From the IMG/VR virus record IMGVR_UViG_3300010429_001449: 64,000 nucleotides of DNA; one strand, given 5' to 3'. Position numbers and translations under genes: made by a program. Below are positions 37,240 to 46,179 of the stretch, in pieces; position 1 is the stretch's first letter, and each line of letters opens with the position of its first letter. This DNA is from a virus (Duplodnaviria; Caudoviricetes). The notes beneath the pieces are model-generated. The model was not told the DNA's origin. It saw nothing but the letters and a program-made list of their open reading frames with translations, and made no database searches.

Positions 37240-37593
37240 GTGATACACACAGACGACAAAGTAATAGTTACGAGCAGCGTACCGGATGGCTACGCTCGTT
37301 TCGTGAGTGAAGTCGGGATAGTCCTAGACGTTTCCGATGACGGGATTGCACTCGTGGAAGTGTACGACCCCGATTCGGATAACATCGAGGAAGTGCCTTT
37401 CGAGATCGAGCATCTGACCCTTGCCAGCGATGACGATGCAAGGCTGGCGATGTTCCGCCTGCTGGCTAACGCGGCGGCGGACGCGGCGGGCGTGGGCGAG
37501 TGTGACGCCGAGACGCTGGAGAAGATGCTCGACGCGATGCTGAACGTGTACAACAAATCCGATTACATCCTCACCGTCAAGAAAGGGGGCTAA
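37240..37593 (+). CDS. Hypothetical acidic protein
   Basis: CCTTTTTGGAGA RBS. Confidence 0.8.
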   Translation: MIHTDDKVIVTSSVPDGYARFVSEVGIVLDVSDDGIALVEVYDPDSDNIEEVPFEIEHLTLASDDDARLAMFRLLANAAADAAGVGECDAETLEKMLDAMLNVYNKSDYILTVKKGG

Positions 37594-37594
37594 C

Positions 37595-37831
37595 GTGCCG
37601 CCTACTGTTTTGGTACCCATACAAATGACTCCCGAAATGTGGGAGAGAGTCCGCGAGTCCGCCGACGCTTCCCGCGTAGGGAGCGTGGACGCTGACGACA
37701 AGGCGTACAACGCGAAGCTGGTCGATGACGCGGAGAACTTCCGGCTGACGAGAGCCGTCCGTATGGAAGTCTGCGACTTGGTCTATCTCGCTCTGTTCGG
37801 CGCAAGCCCTCAGCCTGGAGCAAAGATATGA
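37595..37831 (+). CDS. Hypothetical protein
   Basis: Tight operon spacing. Confidence 0.65.
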   Translation: MPPTVLVPIQMTPEMWERVRESADASRVGSVDADDKAYNAKLVDDAENFRLTRAVRMEVCDLVYLALFGASPQPGAKI

Positions 37832-38028
37832 ACCCGAAATACCCGGAAATTGAAGTAGAGTTGACGGGGCGGGACAGCAACGCCTACGCCATACTAGGCG
37901 GCGTGACCCGCGCCCTACGCCTGGCCGGAGTCTCGAAAGAGGAACAGGAAGCGTTCTGCGCCGAAGCCACAAGCGGCGACTACGATCATCTGCTGCAGAC
38001 AGCTATGCGGTGGGTAACAATCACCTGA
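37828..38028 (+). CDS. Small conserved-type phage protein
   Basis: LTGRDSNAYAILG..ALRLAG..EATSGDYDHLL. Confidence 0.8.
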   Translation: MNPKYPEIEVELTGRDSNAYAILGGVTRALRLAGVSKEEQEAFCAEATSGDYDHLLQTAMRWVTIT

Positions 38029-38044
38029 AAAGAGGAATCTTCCC

Positions 38045-38833
38045 GTGACATGGAATCCTGAAAGTCTGAAACATCTGAACTCGCTAACCAAGTTTCCGTC
38101 GATTTTCCAACCGTGGGCGGCGGTACAGCAAGACAAGCGACCGTGCTACGTCGGCGACATCATTTCCAACAAGTTCAGCCAATCTGTGTTCCGCGTCACC
38201 GAGAAGGTGGACGGAACCAATGCGCGGCTGATCGTTACGGACGATGGATGGTTCATCGGCGCTAGAGAAGAACTGCTGGCCTACAGCTACGACTTGCTGG
38301 TCCACGAACAGAACTTCATCGTGGAGACCTTGCGGCCTATCGCCGAAGTCGTTGCCCACGGCATTGCCGAAGGCTTGCGGAACGAACCGTTTGGCGCGGT
38401 CGTGCTTTACGGAGAGGTGTTCGGCGACGGTATCCAGAAACGGTACCGTGGACAGCCACGCGGTTTCCGCGTGTTCGCAACCCGACGTTGCATGTGGGAA
38501 GTCTCGCCGAATCCCCAAGTCTGGCGGCAAACCAGCACGGGCTTCGACTTTCGAGGCAGTCTCAATGCGGCGCAAGAATTCGTTGACGCCTACGGGCGCG
38601 GCGTGTTGACTACCGTACCCGACCTAGGTTGGGTTTCCGGCGACGTTCTCGCCGATCCCCGCGCTGCGCTGGCGTGGCTAAGACGGTTTTCCGACTCCCG
38701 CGCCGTGCCGGGCGCTCAGTGCGAAGGCGTAGTGTTACTGAGCGACGGCGACTACACGAAGGCGGACGACGGCAGTCTTCAACGGAACATCCACAAGATC
38801 AAGTTTGAGGATTTTCCGAGGGAGTGGCTATGA
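38045..38833 (+). CDS. ATP-dependent RNA ligase (Rnl2-like adenylation domain)
   Basis: Motif I TEKVDGTN, III LYGEVFG, IIIa FRVF, IV EGVVL, V KIK. Confidence 0.85.
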   Translation: MTWNPESLKHLNSLTKFPSIFQPWAAVQQDKRPCYVGDIISNKFSQSVFRVTEKVDGTNARLIVTDDGWFIGAREELLAYSYDLLVHEQNFIVETLRPIAEVVAHGIAEGLRNEPFGAVVLYGEVFGDGIQKRYRGQPRGFRVFATRRCMWEVSPNPQVWRQTSTGFDFRGSLNAAQEFVDAYGRGVLTTVPDLGWVSGDVLADPRAALAWLRRFSDSRAVPGAQCEGVVLLSDGDYTKADDGSLQRNIHKIKFEDFPREWL

Positions 38834-39045
38834 AACCGTGTAATCGCTGCGGCAAGTGCTGTAAGGGAAGTCCCTGCGGTCTCGCCGAGAAGCACGGCAT
38901 GGTTCAACCCCCGAACCGTCCTTGCGTCGCCCTAGTAAGGATCGGCGGCTATTATAGCTGCGGTCTGCTTGTGAACGCGAAGCCCCGCGAGGCCGCCGAG
39001 ATCAGGAAGGCCCTGAAGATTGGGGAAGGCTGTCATTTGTGGTGA
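38830..39045 (+). CDS. Small CxxCxxCC (YkgJ-like Fe-S/Zn) protein
   Basis: CNRCGKCC..C..C..C. Confidence 0.7.
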   Translation: MKPCNRCGKCCKGSPCGLAEKHGMVQPPNRPCVALVRIGGYYSCGLLVNAKPREAAEIRKALKIGEGCHLW

Positions 39046-39313
39046 CGCCGAGAGCAGCCTTGAGGCCGTCCGATGGAGGCACTTGATGCACGAATCGGGC
39101 GGCCTCTTTTCCATTCAGGAAAACGATGGTAGTCGGGATTTCCAATACGTCATAGAATGCGGCCCGAGCGCGGCCTTGCGGATCGTCGGTATTGAAAAAC
39201 GTAACGTCCGCCGCGACGCCCCATTTGGGGAGTTTGACCGCCATCATGCTTTTGGTACTGGCGCACTTGGGGCAGCCGGGTTTGCCGAAAATGAAAATCT
39301 CTTTGTCGTTCAT
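39002..39313 (-). CDS. Glutaredoxin/thioredoxin-like protein (NrdH-like)
   Basis: GCPKC active site, IPT cis-Pro motif; overlaps nrdD stop. Confidence 0.85.
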   Translation of the reverse strand: MNDKEIFIFGKPGCPKCASTKSMMAVKLPKWGVAADVTFFNTDDPQGRARAAFYDVLEIPTTIVFLNGKEAARFVHQVPPSDGLKAALGVTTNDSLPQSSGPS

Positions 39314-41418
39314 GCGTGAACCCCTACGTGATACTGTCCTCGCCTGCGAGCGTGAAGCTCTCCAATCTTCGACTGGTTCCACTTGCTCGTGCGGCTGAAG
39401 TAGCCGACGATACGCGACATTCCGTCAACTTCTGTGCAACCACAAAACAGGCACTTCTCGTGGACGCCCACAGACTTACGATGACAGGAGTGGCAGATCG
39501 TGAACTCAGGCGAGATGGTTAGTTGCGCGGTGTTGGTTTTGGCTAACGTCAGATCAACTAGGCGATAGAGACTCTGCGCATCGGGAAGTTTCTCACCAAC
39601 GAAGGCGTGGGTGATTGCGCCCGCGTCGATCATGCCGTGGAACTTGGCCTGCAGCTTGATGCGCGTTACGAGGTCCACGTCGGCGTCGGCGCGGACATGG
39701 ACACTGTTGGTGTAATAGATATCGTCGTTCTCCAGACTGCCGCGTACAACGGACTTGGCCTCCTGGTAACGCGCAACATCCAGCTTGGCGAGCCGCCGAG
39801 TAGCGCTTTCCGCCGGGGATTCCTCTAATGAAAATCCGTAGCCGGTAGCTGCGGTCTCCTTGACACACCGATCCTGCATGTGGGACACGATGTCCAGACC
39901 GAGCATCAGTGCCTCGTTGGACTCGTGCAACTCCTTACCCGTGCAGTGTTTAACGCACTCGTTCAAACCGAGCAGCCCTACGATGTACGTAGCCTTCTTG
40001 AGATCGATGTAAGGCGATCCGTCCGGCGTCTCGCGGCCAACTTGCCAGAGCGGAAGACCCGCGCCCATCAAGGATTGGACGAAGTCGCGCTTGACGCTGT
40101 GCGCCTCGAACGCCAGCGACATGGCGGTATCGATGTGGTGATAAAGCGCTCCCACATCCCCTCCCGCCCGATACGCGGCCTGTGGGAGATTAATCGTGAC
40201 GTTCTGGAAGCCGCAGAAGCGCAGGCGTTCCGGGTGCTTGATCATCTCGATGTCGGTAATGATCGTTTTGAGACGGCAGCAGGCAGCCACGGTCATGGCG
40301 TTGCGGTCGAACACGAAGTACGGAGAGCCGTTCTCGCTGGCGACTTGGCAAGCGTATTCGAGCAGCTTGCGCTGTCTGGCCCGCTTGAACGTCATCTTGT
40401 CGATGTGAATGTCGCATTTCGGGAACGGGAAGATGTTGCCGTCGGCGTCGCCTTCGCGGTACACGTCGAGCAGGGCTTTAGCGAAGCGTTGTACCTCGCG
40501 CTCGTACTCGCCGTAGGTTTTGCCTGTCGGCTTGCCGCCCGGCCCTATAGCCGGAATATTGCGAAGATAAGAAGGGACGCCTAGATGGATGTTGAAGTCC
40601 AAGAAGAGCGTCTGGCCGCCCCGCGAGAAGGCGTTTTGGGAACAGGAGTAGATGAGGTACTGGGCTTCCTGCTTCACTTCCTTGTCGGAAAGGCCGACGA
40701 GGTAAGGGGCATAGAAGATGTTGAGGTAGGCCAACCCGAGCGCCCCGGCGTAGTAAGCCTGCATTGAGGCTAGGAAGGTGTTGAGGTGTCCTGTCAGAAC
40801 GCGGGCGTGTTTGGCGGGGGAACTGGCCGTGGCCAGGTTGTCCAGGCGCAGCCCAAACATCTTCAGCCATTCGAGCGAATGACCCGAGCAGTAGACGCGG
40901 ATGGGGTAGCCGAGATCGTGGAGATAGATACGTCCTTCGCGGTGGGCGTCTGCTATGTGTCGCGGGAAGACGCACTCAAGGGCGTACTGTTTGAAGATGA
41001 TCTCGTTGACCGTCTGCGCCACGGCTTCTGGACTGTTAGCAACGATGTTGCTGTTCTCTTTGTTGGGAGTGCGAATGATGTTGTCCAGGTCGTACTTCGG
41101 AATGCCTATGACGGTCTGCTGGCGCAACTGAGTCGTCAGGCCGCGCTCGAACAACTCGTTGTTGACCAGCGAACGAACGAGAGTCGTGTCTACACGGGCC
41201 ATACCACTTTTGATAATCCGTTCCTCCACGACGCGGGCGATATCAAAAGCGGTCTCGTGGGGCACTCCGGCTTCGCGGCTCAGGGCGTCTGCGATCTTGT
41301 CCCTATCCCAGGGATGGTACTCTTCCGCAGTTGCGCCGTTGACGAGAAGGGAAAGGTCTGTAGCGGACGTTTTGACACGGGTTTTACGGACGGTTATACC
41401 CGCAGCTTGTGGGTTCAT
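39310..41418 (-). CDS. nrdD: Anaerobic (class III) ribonucleoside-triphosphate reductase with ATP cone
   Basis: ATP cone, IYLHDL, ACCRL, VTINLP, ESPAES, YYTNS, CxxC..CxxC, glycyl-radical RIVGYF. Confidence 0.96.
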   Translation of the reverse strand: MNPQAAGITVRKTRVKTSATDLSLLVNGATAEEYHPWDRDKIADALSREAGVPHETAFDIARVVEERIIKSGMARVDTTLVRSLVNNELFERGLTTQLRQQTVIGIPKYDLDNIIRTPNKENSNIVANSPEAVAQTVNEIIFKQYALECVFPRHIADAHREGRIYLHDLGYPIRVYCSGHSLEWLKMFGLRLDNLATASSPAKHARVLTGHLNTFLASMQAYYAGALGLAYLNIFYAPYLVGLSDKEVKQEAQYLIYSCSQNAFSRGGQTLFLDFNIHLGVPSYLRNIPAIGPGGKPTGKTYGEYEREVQRFAKALLDVYREGDADGNIFPFPKCDIHIDKMTFKRARQRKLLEYACQVASENGSPYFVFDRNAMTVAACCRLKTIITDIEMIKHPERLRFCGFQNVTINLPQAAYRAGGDVGALYHHIDTAMSLAFEAHSVKRDFVQSLMGAGLPLWQVGRETPDGSPYIDLKKATYIVGLLGLNECVKHCTGKELHESNEALMLGLDIVSHMQDRCVKETAATGYGFSLEESPAESATRRLAKLDVARYQEAKSVVRGSLENDDIYYTNSVHVRADADVDLVTRIKLQAKFHGMIDAGAITHAFVGEKLPDAQSLYRLVDLTLAKTNTAQLTISPEFTICHSCHRKSVGVHEKCLFCGCTEVDGMSRIVGYFSRTSKWNQSKIGELHARRRGQYHVGVHA

Positions 41419-41476
41419 CGCGGCCTCCTATTTGTCCCGGTAAGCCATAAAAAGAAGTACGGTTCGGTAGATTTAT

Positions 41477-41505
41477 ACTATACAGCCACGATGTCAAAAA
41501 GTCAA
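41477..41505 (-). promoter_or_regulatory. Putative nrdD promoter (17-nt spacer)
   Basis: TTGACT-N17-TATAGT. Confidence 0.5.
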
Positions 41506-41813
41506 GCGACGCTCTCAGAATTCGCTTGCTGTCGCTCCAATTCTTCCGGCGTTATTCCCATGAAGGTGGATAGAGACACGAGCATACGGGTCTTATGGAT
41601 AGTTTCCACGGCGATAGCGGTCTCGAACCACAGACGGCCACGGTAAAGAATGGTCGGCATTCGAGCGAAGTACCGGCACTTCGGGCAGACGACAAGAGAG
41701 TCGTCGCCCAAGCGATCTGCAATGTTGGCGACCAATTCTTCCTGGCACATTTTGCAGAAAGCGCCCGTGCGCCGGAAAGAAGTCAGGTTGCCGGAATACA
41801 AGGCGTACGGCAT
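41502..41813 (-). CDS. Zinc-ribbon protein
   Basis: CKMC..CPKC. Confidence 0.7.
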   Translation of the reverse strand: MPYALYSGNLTSFRRTGAFCKMCQEELVANIADRLGDDSLVVCPKCRYFARMPTILYRGRLWFETAIAVETIHKTRMLVSLSTFMGITPEELERQQANSESVA

Positions 41814-42307
41814 TAGCCAGCCTCCTGCAAGGCGATGCGAAGAAGTTCTTCGGGCGGCGCGTCAGGATGCTCCGCCTTAACCCTGGCAGCCACGTTCTCC
41901 GCTTCCCTAGTCGCAAACCCCATCTTTTTCAGCGCCGCCACGATGTCAGCAGGCGCTTCCGGGGCCGCTGGCGGGCCTACAGGCGTAGAAACGTTGTTAG
42001 AGGTGTCAGAAGCCCTCTTCGAGGGCTTTCGCTCCCTGGCGGGTCGTTGCGCGGCGTTGTTCACGGCTTTCAGCGAGTCGCAACCGCACTGGAAGCACAG
42101 ATACTGCTTAATGGGGACGCCCTGTTCGAGAGAAAGCCAGCAACCGTCGGGCTGTCCCCAGCCACAGTTCGTGCAAACGCACCGCACCGAGTACTTTTCA
42201 GGTTGAAGGGGCACGTGGTGTTCTCTCTGGATCGGCGGGGGTGTCCGACTTCGATCCAACACCCACGCGGCAGTGAATGCACTCAAGATTTTTTGGATCG
42301 GATTCAA
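41813..42307 (-). CDS. Zn-ribbon plus RuvA C-terminal (domain III)/UBA-like protein
   Basis: CTNC..CFQC, Pro-rich linker, DIVAALKKMGFATREA..EELLRIAL. Confidence 0.7.
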   Translation of the reverse strand: MNPIQKILSAFTAAWVLDRSRTPPPIQREHHVPLQPEKYSVRCVCTNCGWGQPDGCWLSLEQGVPIKQYLCFQCGCDSLKAVNNAAQRPARERKPSKRASDTSNNVSTPVGPPAAPEAPADIVAALKKMGFATREAENVAARVKAEHPDAPPEELLRIALQEAG

Positions 42308-42402
42308 CGGGTTCCTCCCACGGATACGCCCACAGCTTGCGCCCGCACTTGCGGCACTTCCCTACGACAACCATCTCGTCCCAAGCATCAAATGCCGCCA
42401 TA

Positions 42403-42714
42403 TCACTCTCCTTGCGCGTCGGGAGTAACCACGCCGAGACGGTCGTTGACCGCTTCCACCTTGTCCATATCTACCGTCCGAACCCGGCGCTTGCGGGATA
42501 CGCCGCCAACCACCGTCTTCAATTGCACAAGACGGTTGTTACGCCGCCCGCTGAGCCGCCAGACGGGTTCTCCGGAAAACCGGTCGTCCGGGATGATCTC
42601 GATTGCCGTGACCGTACGCCCGCGACAATCCGAAAGATTCTCTCTGATGTTGATGATGCCACCGTCAACTTCAATGTGCGTCCAACCCAACACGTTTTTC
42701 GAGACCTTAGCCAT
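42403..42714 (-). CDS. Hypothetical protein
   Basis: Cassette promoter/RBS. Confidence 0.8.
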   Translation of the reverse strand: MAKVSKNVLGWTHIEVDGGIINIRENLSDCRGRTVTAIEIIPDDRFSGEPVWRLSGRRNNRLVQLKTVVGGVSRKRRVRTVDMDKVEAVNDRLGVVTPDAQGE

Positions 42715-42803
42715 GTCCGTATCCTCCGTAAAAAAGGTTTCTGTCCTACTGTTATTATAACAGCAGGACAGCGTATGTCAAGAGAGTTAACAGAGAAAGA
42801 AGC

Positions 42804-43184
42804 TTATCCAGCCGCCTTGATCAACCGCTGGATTTTCGGCGTGACGCATTCCGGCGCGGCGTCCGCCCACTCGATCACGTCATCTAGCGTAACGGTGTCA
42901 GTGCCGGGAACCGTGTAGTCCCAGCCCGCACTTTTGCACATGCGCTTGCACAGGGCAATAATACGGTCCTCTCGATCCAACCACGGCACATTGCCGTATT
43001 GGTCATCCGTCATTATCGCCACCGTATGTCCGGACGATTGGACCTCCCGGATTTCGTAGGTGCGATTCTTTAACACTCTCTCCCACACATGCACCGTCAG
43101 GTTGTTCAGCTTGCCCAGTTCAAACAAACGGGCCGCCGCATTGCTCTGCTGGCGAAATGCTATCGCTGCAAAATCTGTAGACAC
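42804..43184 (-). CDS. Hypothetical protein
   Basis: GTG after GGAGG; cassette promoter. Confidence 0.8.
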   Translation of the reverse strand: MSTDFAAIAFRQQSNAAARLFELGKLNNLTVHVWERVLKNRTYEIREVQSSGHTVAIMTDDQYGNVPWLDREDRIIALCKRMCKSAGWDYTVPGTDTVTLDDVIEWADAAPECVTPKIQRLIKAAG

Positions 43185-43255
43185 GTTCGTATCCTCCGAA
43201 AAAGGTTTCTCTACCTTTATTATAACAGCGGAAACATCTATGTCAAGACGCATTA

Positions 43256-43287
43256 AAAGAAAAGGGGCCGGGATTTCTCCCGGCCCC
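43256..43287 (-). terminator. Intrinsic terminator (near-identical copy at 44396-44422)
   Basis: GGGGCCGGGA-TTTC-TCCCGGCCCC with A-tract on plus strand. Confidence 0.8.
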
Positions 43288-43301
43288 AATCAGGACGGCG
43301 G

Positions 43302-43883
43302 TTAGGCCGCTTTGCGAGCGGCGGCGTTGATGACTTTTTCGCCGAAGGCGGCGACGAAGGCGGCCCGCAGCTTGGGATCGTTGTGGTACGGATCGCCCTT
43401 CGTAGGCTTGCCCAAGAAGCTGCCGAGCAGAAACATATCGCCAGCGGCGAGACACTTGCCGATTTCCTCTTTGATCCACTTGTCGCGGAGCAGAGCTTCC
43501 CACACCGCGCCGCTCACGTCCTCGAAGTGGCGCTCCGCGACTTGATGAAGGTTGTAGCCGTCCTTGCAGTAGCCGCCCGCCTTGTCTTTGGCGTCCAGGT
43601 GGTCGGGACCGGCTAAATCGGGCGGAACGAACTTGCCGGGATCGGAGTAATCACCGGATATGACGATTTGATCCCCAGCCCAACTGCCGACGACCGGAAG
43701 ATCGTCGACGCCCATAAGATCACCGCCGCCGCGCCCGTTGCCGTCCGCCAGAAGAATGGCGAGACCGAGCATAGTGGCGTTGCCGCTGGAACCGAACTCC
43801 AGCAACTTCAAGCCGTCGCTGAACTTGTGCGGATGAATGAACTGACGCTTGGTCACGTTCACCGGAAAGTAGTACTGACCCAT
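43302..43883 (-). CDS. Hypothetical phage protein (MGQYY type)
   Basis: MGQYYFPVN..GLKLLEF..GSWAGD..GDY. Confidence 0.85.
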   Translation of the reverse strand: MGQYYFPVNVTKRQFIHPHKFSDGLKLLEFGSSGNATMLGLAILLADGNGRGGGDLMGVDDLPVVGSWAGDQIVISGDYSDPGKFVPPDLAGPDHLDAKDKAGGYCKDGYNLHQVAERHFEDVSGAVWEALLRDKWIKEEIGKCLAAGDMFLLGSFLGKPTKGDPYHNDPKLRAAFVAAFGEKVINAAARKAA

Positions 43884-43962
43884 CGTTCTGACCTCCACAA
43901 AAGGGAAAAGGTTTGTTCTGTCCTACCTTTATTATAACAGCAGGACAGCCAATGTCAAGGGA

Positions 43963-44316
43963 TCAACTGGCCGCAAGGCCGAAAAAGACGAAAGGCTTTC
44001 CGCCCTTCTTGGCAAGCTGTTCCAGCAGCCAGCGGGATGTTCCGCAACCGGCTTCCGCGAGCTTCTTGATGCGCGGCACGGAAAGAGGAATGCAGCCGCA
44101 CTCTCCCCACTTATCGAAATCGAAGCCGTGCCTCTCCGCATACTCGAAGGGGTCTTCGCCCGCCGGAACGCGCACGATAGTAAAGCCGTCCGTCGTACTG
44201 ATCGTGCCGTTGTAAAGATCATGCCCGTAATCGTACACAGCGGCACGAACAGCAGCCTTGTAAGCGGCCTCTGCCGTCTTACCCACAGCAGCTTGAACGA
44301 ACTTCTCAGCACCCAT
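43963..44316 (-). CDS. Hypothetical phage protein
   Basis: MGA..AY..AV..YGH..YNGTI..DKW. Confidence 0.85.
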   Translation of the reverse strand: MGAEKFVQAAVGKTAEAAYKAAVRAAVYDYGHDLYNGTISTTDGFTIVRVPAGEDPFEYAERHGFDFDKWGECGCIPLSVPRIKKLAEAGCGTSRWLLEQLAKKGGKPFVFFGLAAS

Positions 44317-44428
44317 CTTTGTTCTCCACAAAAAGGTTTGTTCTGTCCTACCTTTATTATAACAGCAGGACAGGCTATGTCAAGAGCAGGAAACGAAAAG
44401 GGCCGGGATTTCTCCCGGCCCTGGTTGA

Positions 44429-44902
44429 CTACTCGACGCGGGCGGCGACGAGTTTCTTCTGTTCCTTGATCTTGCCGTTGACCCACTTGGCGAAAGCGGG
44501 GCCGTCGCCCTTGAACAGCACCTTCTTACCGGACTCCATGACGGTGACAGTGACGGTGCGAGATACAACGCCACCCGGCTCTCCACAGTACGATCCTCTG
44601 TTGATGACGTACTGGTAGGACGTGTCTTTCCAGTCCTTCTTGGGCCAACGGCCTTCGACGTAAACGTTGCCGACGCAGTCCTTGAGCCGCGCCACAAGCT
44701 GCGCCGCCAAACAGCCCATGCCGTTGGCGACCTTGCCCAACCGGTCACTGTCGCCGCTGCCAAGTCCGTTGATGATCTGCACCTTCCCCAGCAACGCGGC
44801 AAGGTCTTCGCCGTGCCTTTCGGGATTACCGTCAAACTGACGGTAGAGCGTCATCACGTGCCGCTTGCCGTCCATCACAACTGTCAGTGATCGCGTTCCC
44901 AT
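44429..44902 (-). CDS. Hypothetical phage protein (MGTR type)
   Basis: MGTRS..YRQFDGNP..G..NGMGCLAAQLV; tandem promoters at 44974 and 45004. Confidence 0.85.
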   Translation of the reverse strand: MGTRSLTVVMDGKRHVMTLYRQFDGNPERHGEDLAALLGKVQIINGLGSGDSDRLGKVANGMGCLAAQLVARLKDCVGNVYVEGRWPKKDWKDTSYQYVINRGSYCGEPGGVVSRTVTVTVMESGKKVLFKGDGPAFAKWVNGKIKEQKKLVAARVE

Positions 44903-45018
44903 CTTTACGACCTCCACAAAAAGGTTTGTTTTGTCCATCCGTCCTACCTCTATTATAACAGCAGGACGGCCTATGTCAAGTATTATAACAGCGAAACCGC
45001 CGTTGTCAATACAGAAAA

Positions 45019-45105
45019 TGGTAGGGATGGGGGGATTCGCACCCCCAAGGGCATTGCGCCCACGGCGTCTTAAGCGCCGTGCGTTTGCTGTTTCGCCACA
45101 TCCCC
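45019..45105 (-). tRNA. tRNA-Leu(TAA)
   Basis: Cloverleaf, CGGCG-CTTAAGA-CGCCG, long variable arm, CCA; T-loop TGCGAAT. Confidence 0.9.
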
Positions 45106-45450
45106 AGCGGACGCCAGCGGCGCGAACTTTAAGTCCGGTATGAGACCTTTGGCCGCGTGATAGGCGAACGACATAAGTTCCGGAGGCATGTCTTCGCCTG
45201 GATGCCCCGTGTTGATGATATCGAAACCAAACCCGCGCACGAGATAAACGAAGCGGCGCGTTTCCTCGGCGGTCAACCACTCGGTCTTCTCGTCGAACGC
45301 GACCATGATCCGTGCGCCCTTGTCCACAGAGGAGGCTTGATAGTCCCTCCACAGGTCAAGGAGCCACTGTCGATGCTTTTTGGAGAGCTTAGGACGGAGT
45401 TCGTCCAGCATCTCGGCGTAACGCTTGGCAGTATGCTTTGGTTCGTGCAT
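45070..45450 (-). CDS. Hypothetical protein (3' end overlaps tRNA-Leu)
   Basis: Plausible ORF; weak RBS. Confidence 0.55.
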   Translation of the reverse strand: MHEPKHTAKRYAEMLDELRPKLSKKHRQWLLDLWRDYQASSVDKGARIMVAFDEKTEWLTAEETRRFVYLVRGFGFDIINTGHPGEDMPPELMSFAYHAAKGLIPDLKFAPLASAGDVAKQQTHGA

Positions 45451-45527
45451 GTGAAAGACGGGGGCGCGGACAGCCGTCGGGTAGGTCTCGGGAATGACTT
45501 GTTAACTTTTGCCCGCGCCCCACGAAA

Positions 45528-46067
45528 CTAAACTGACGCTTCTATCGCGTCGCTGCACTTGGGCGAAGAAGGCGGCGGCTCTGGCGGTTCTGCCGGAGGC
45601 AACTCCGCGAGGGGCACTACGGCTGGCGCGGGCTTCGGCTCTTCCAGGCCAACAACCACGCCGCTGACAGAGAACACGGCGGCGGGCTGCGATAAGACGA
45701 ACTTGGGGTCTTTCCGCGCCGCTTTGATCTCCTCGGCGAGCACGGCGCGAGGATCGGTCGTTTGATAAAACTTGGGGTTGACGCTGTACTCGACGTTGAA
45801 TGTCAGTGTGAGACGAAGAGGCACTCCGCCGCCGTCCTCCGTGACGCGAGTGATAATCGCTTCCGGAACGAGACTGGCAATGGGGAGCGAGAGCGCCTGA
45901 ACAAACTGGCCCTGGATACTGAGAGGCCGTTCCAATGCCACGATGCAAATGCCCTGCGACACCTGCTGCGGGTTCTGCGTGTGGATCGTTGCCGCCGCGC
46001 CGTGCCACGGCTGGTAAGGGTCGTTGATCGTAACCCTTGCGCCCATCTGAACTTGTTCTTGAAGCAT
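45528..46067 (-). CDS. Hypothetical protein
   Basis: AAGGA RBS; Pro-rich tail. Confidence 0.7.
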   Translation of the reverse strand: MLQEQVQMGARVTINDPYQPWHGAAATIHTQNPQQVSQGICIVALERPLSIQGQFVQALSLPIASLVPEAIITRVTEDGGGVPLRLTLTFNVEYSVNPKFYQTTDPRAVLAEEIKAARKDPKFVLSQPAAVFSVSGVVVGLEEPKPAPAVVPLAELPPAEPPEPPPSSPKCSDAIEASV

Positions 46068-46091
46068 AACGCATTCCTTTCTGTCGAGAAA

Positions 46092-46167
46092 TGGTACTCG
46101 CGCCGGGACTTGAACCCGGAATCTCCGGTTTAGGAAACCGACGCCTTGTCCGTTGGGCTACGCGAGT
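46092..46167 (-). tRNA. tRNA-Arg(CCT)
   Basis: Loop TTCCTAA, GGTTCAAGTCC, CCA. Confidence 0.92.
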
Positions 46168-46179
46168 TTGGTAATCTTG

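Noticed and set aside
3802-45009. Promoter cassettes or GATT-N3-AATC sites as a CRISPR array
   Set aside because: Repeats are degenerate and separated by whole genes or variable distances; no cas operon; the Cas4-like gene sits in a replication context typical of phage exonucleases
44903-45352. N-terminal extension of ORF 44429..45352 (and similar extensions at 6640, 9423, 16472, 17320, 43289)
   Set aside because: Extensions are translations of promoter cassettes or tRNA; true starts follow the conserved RBS
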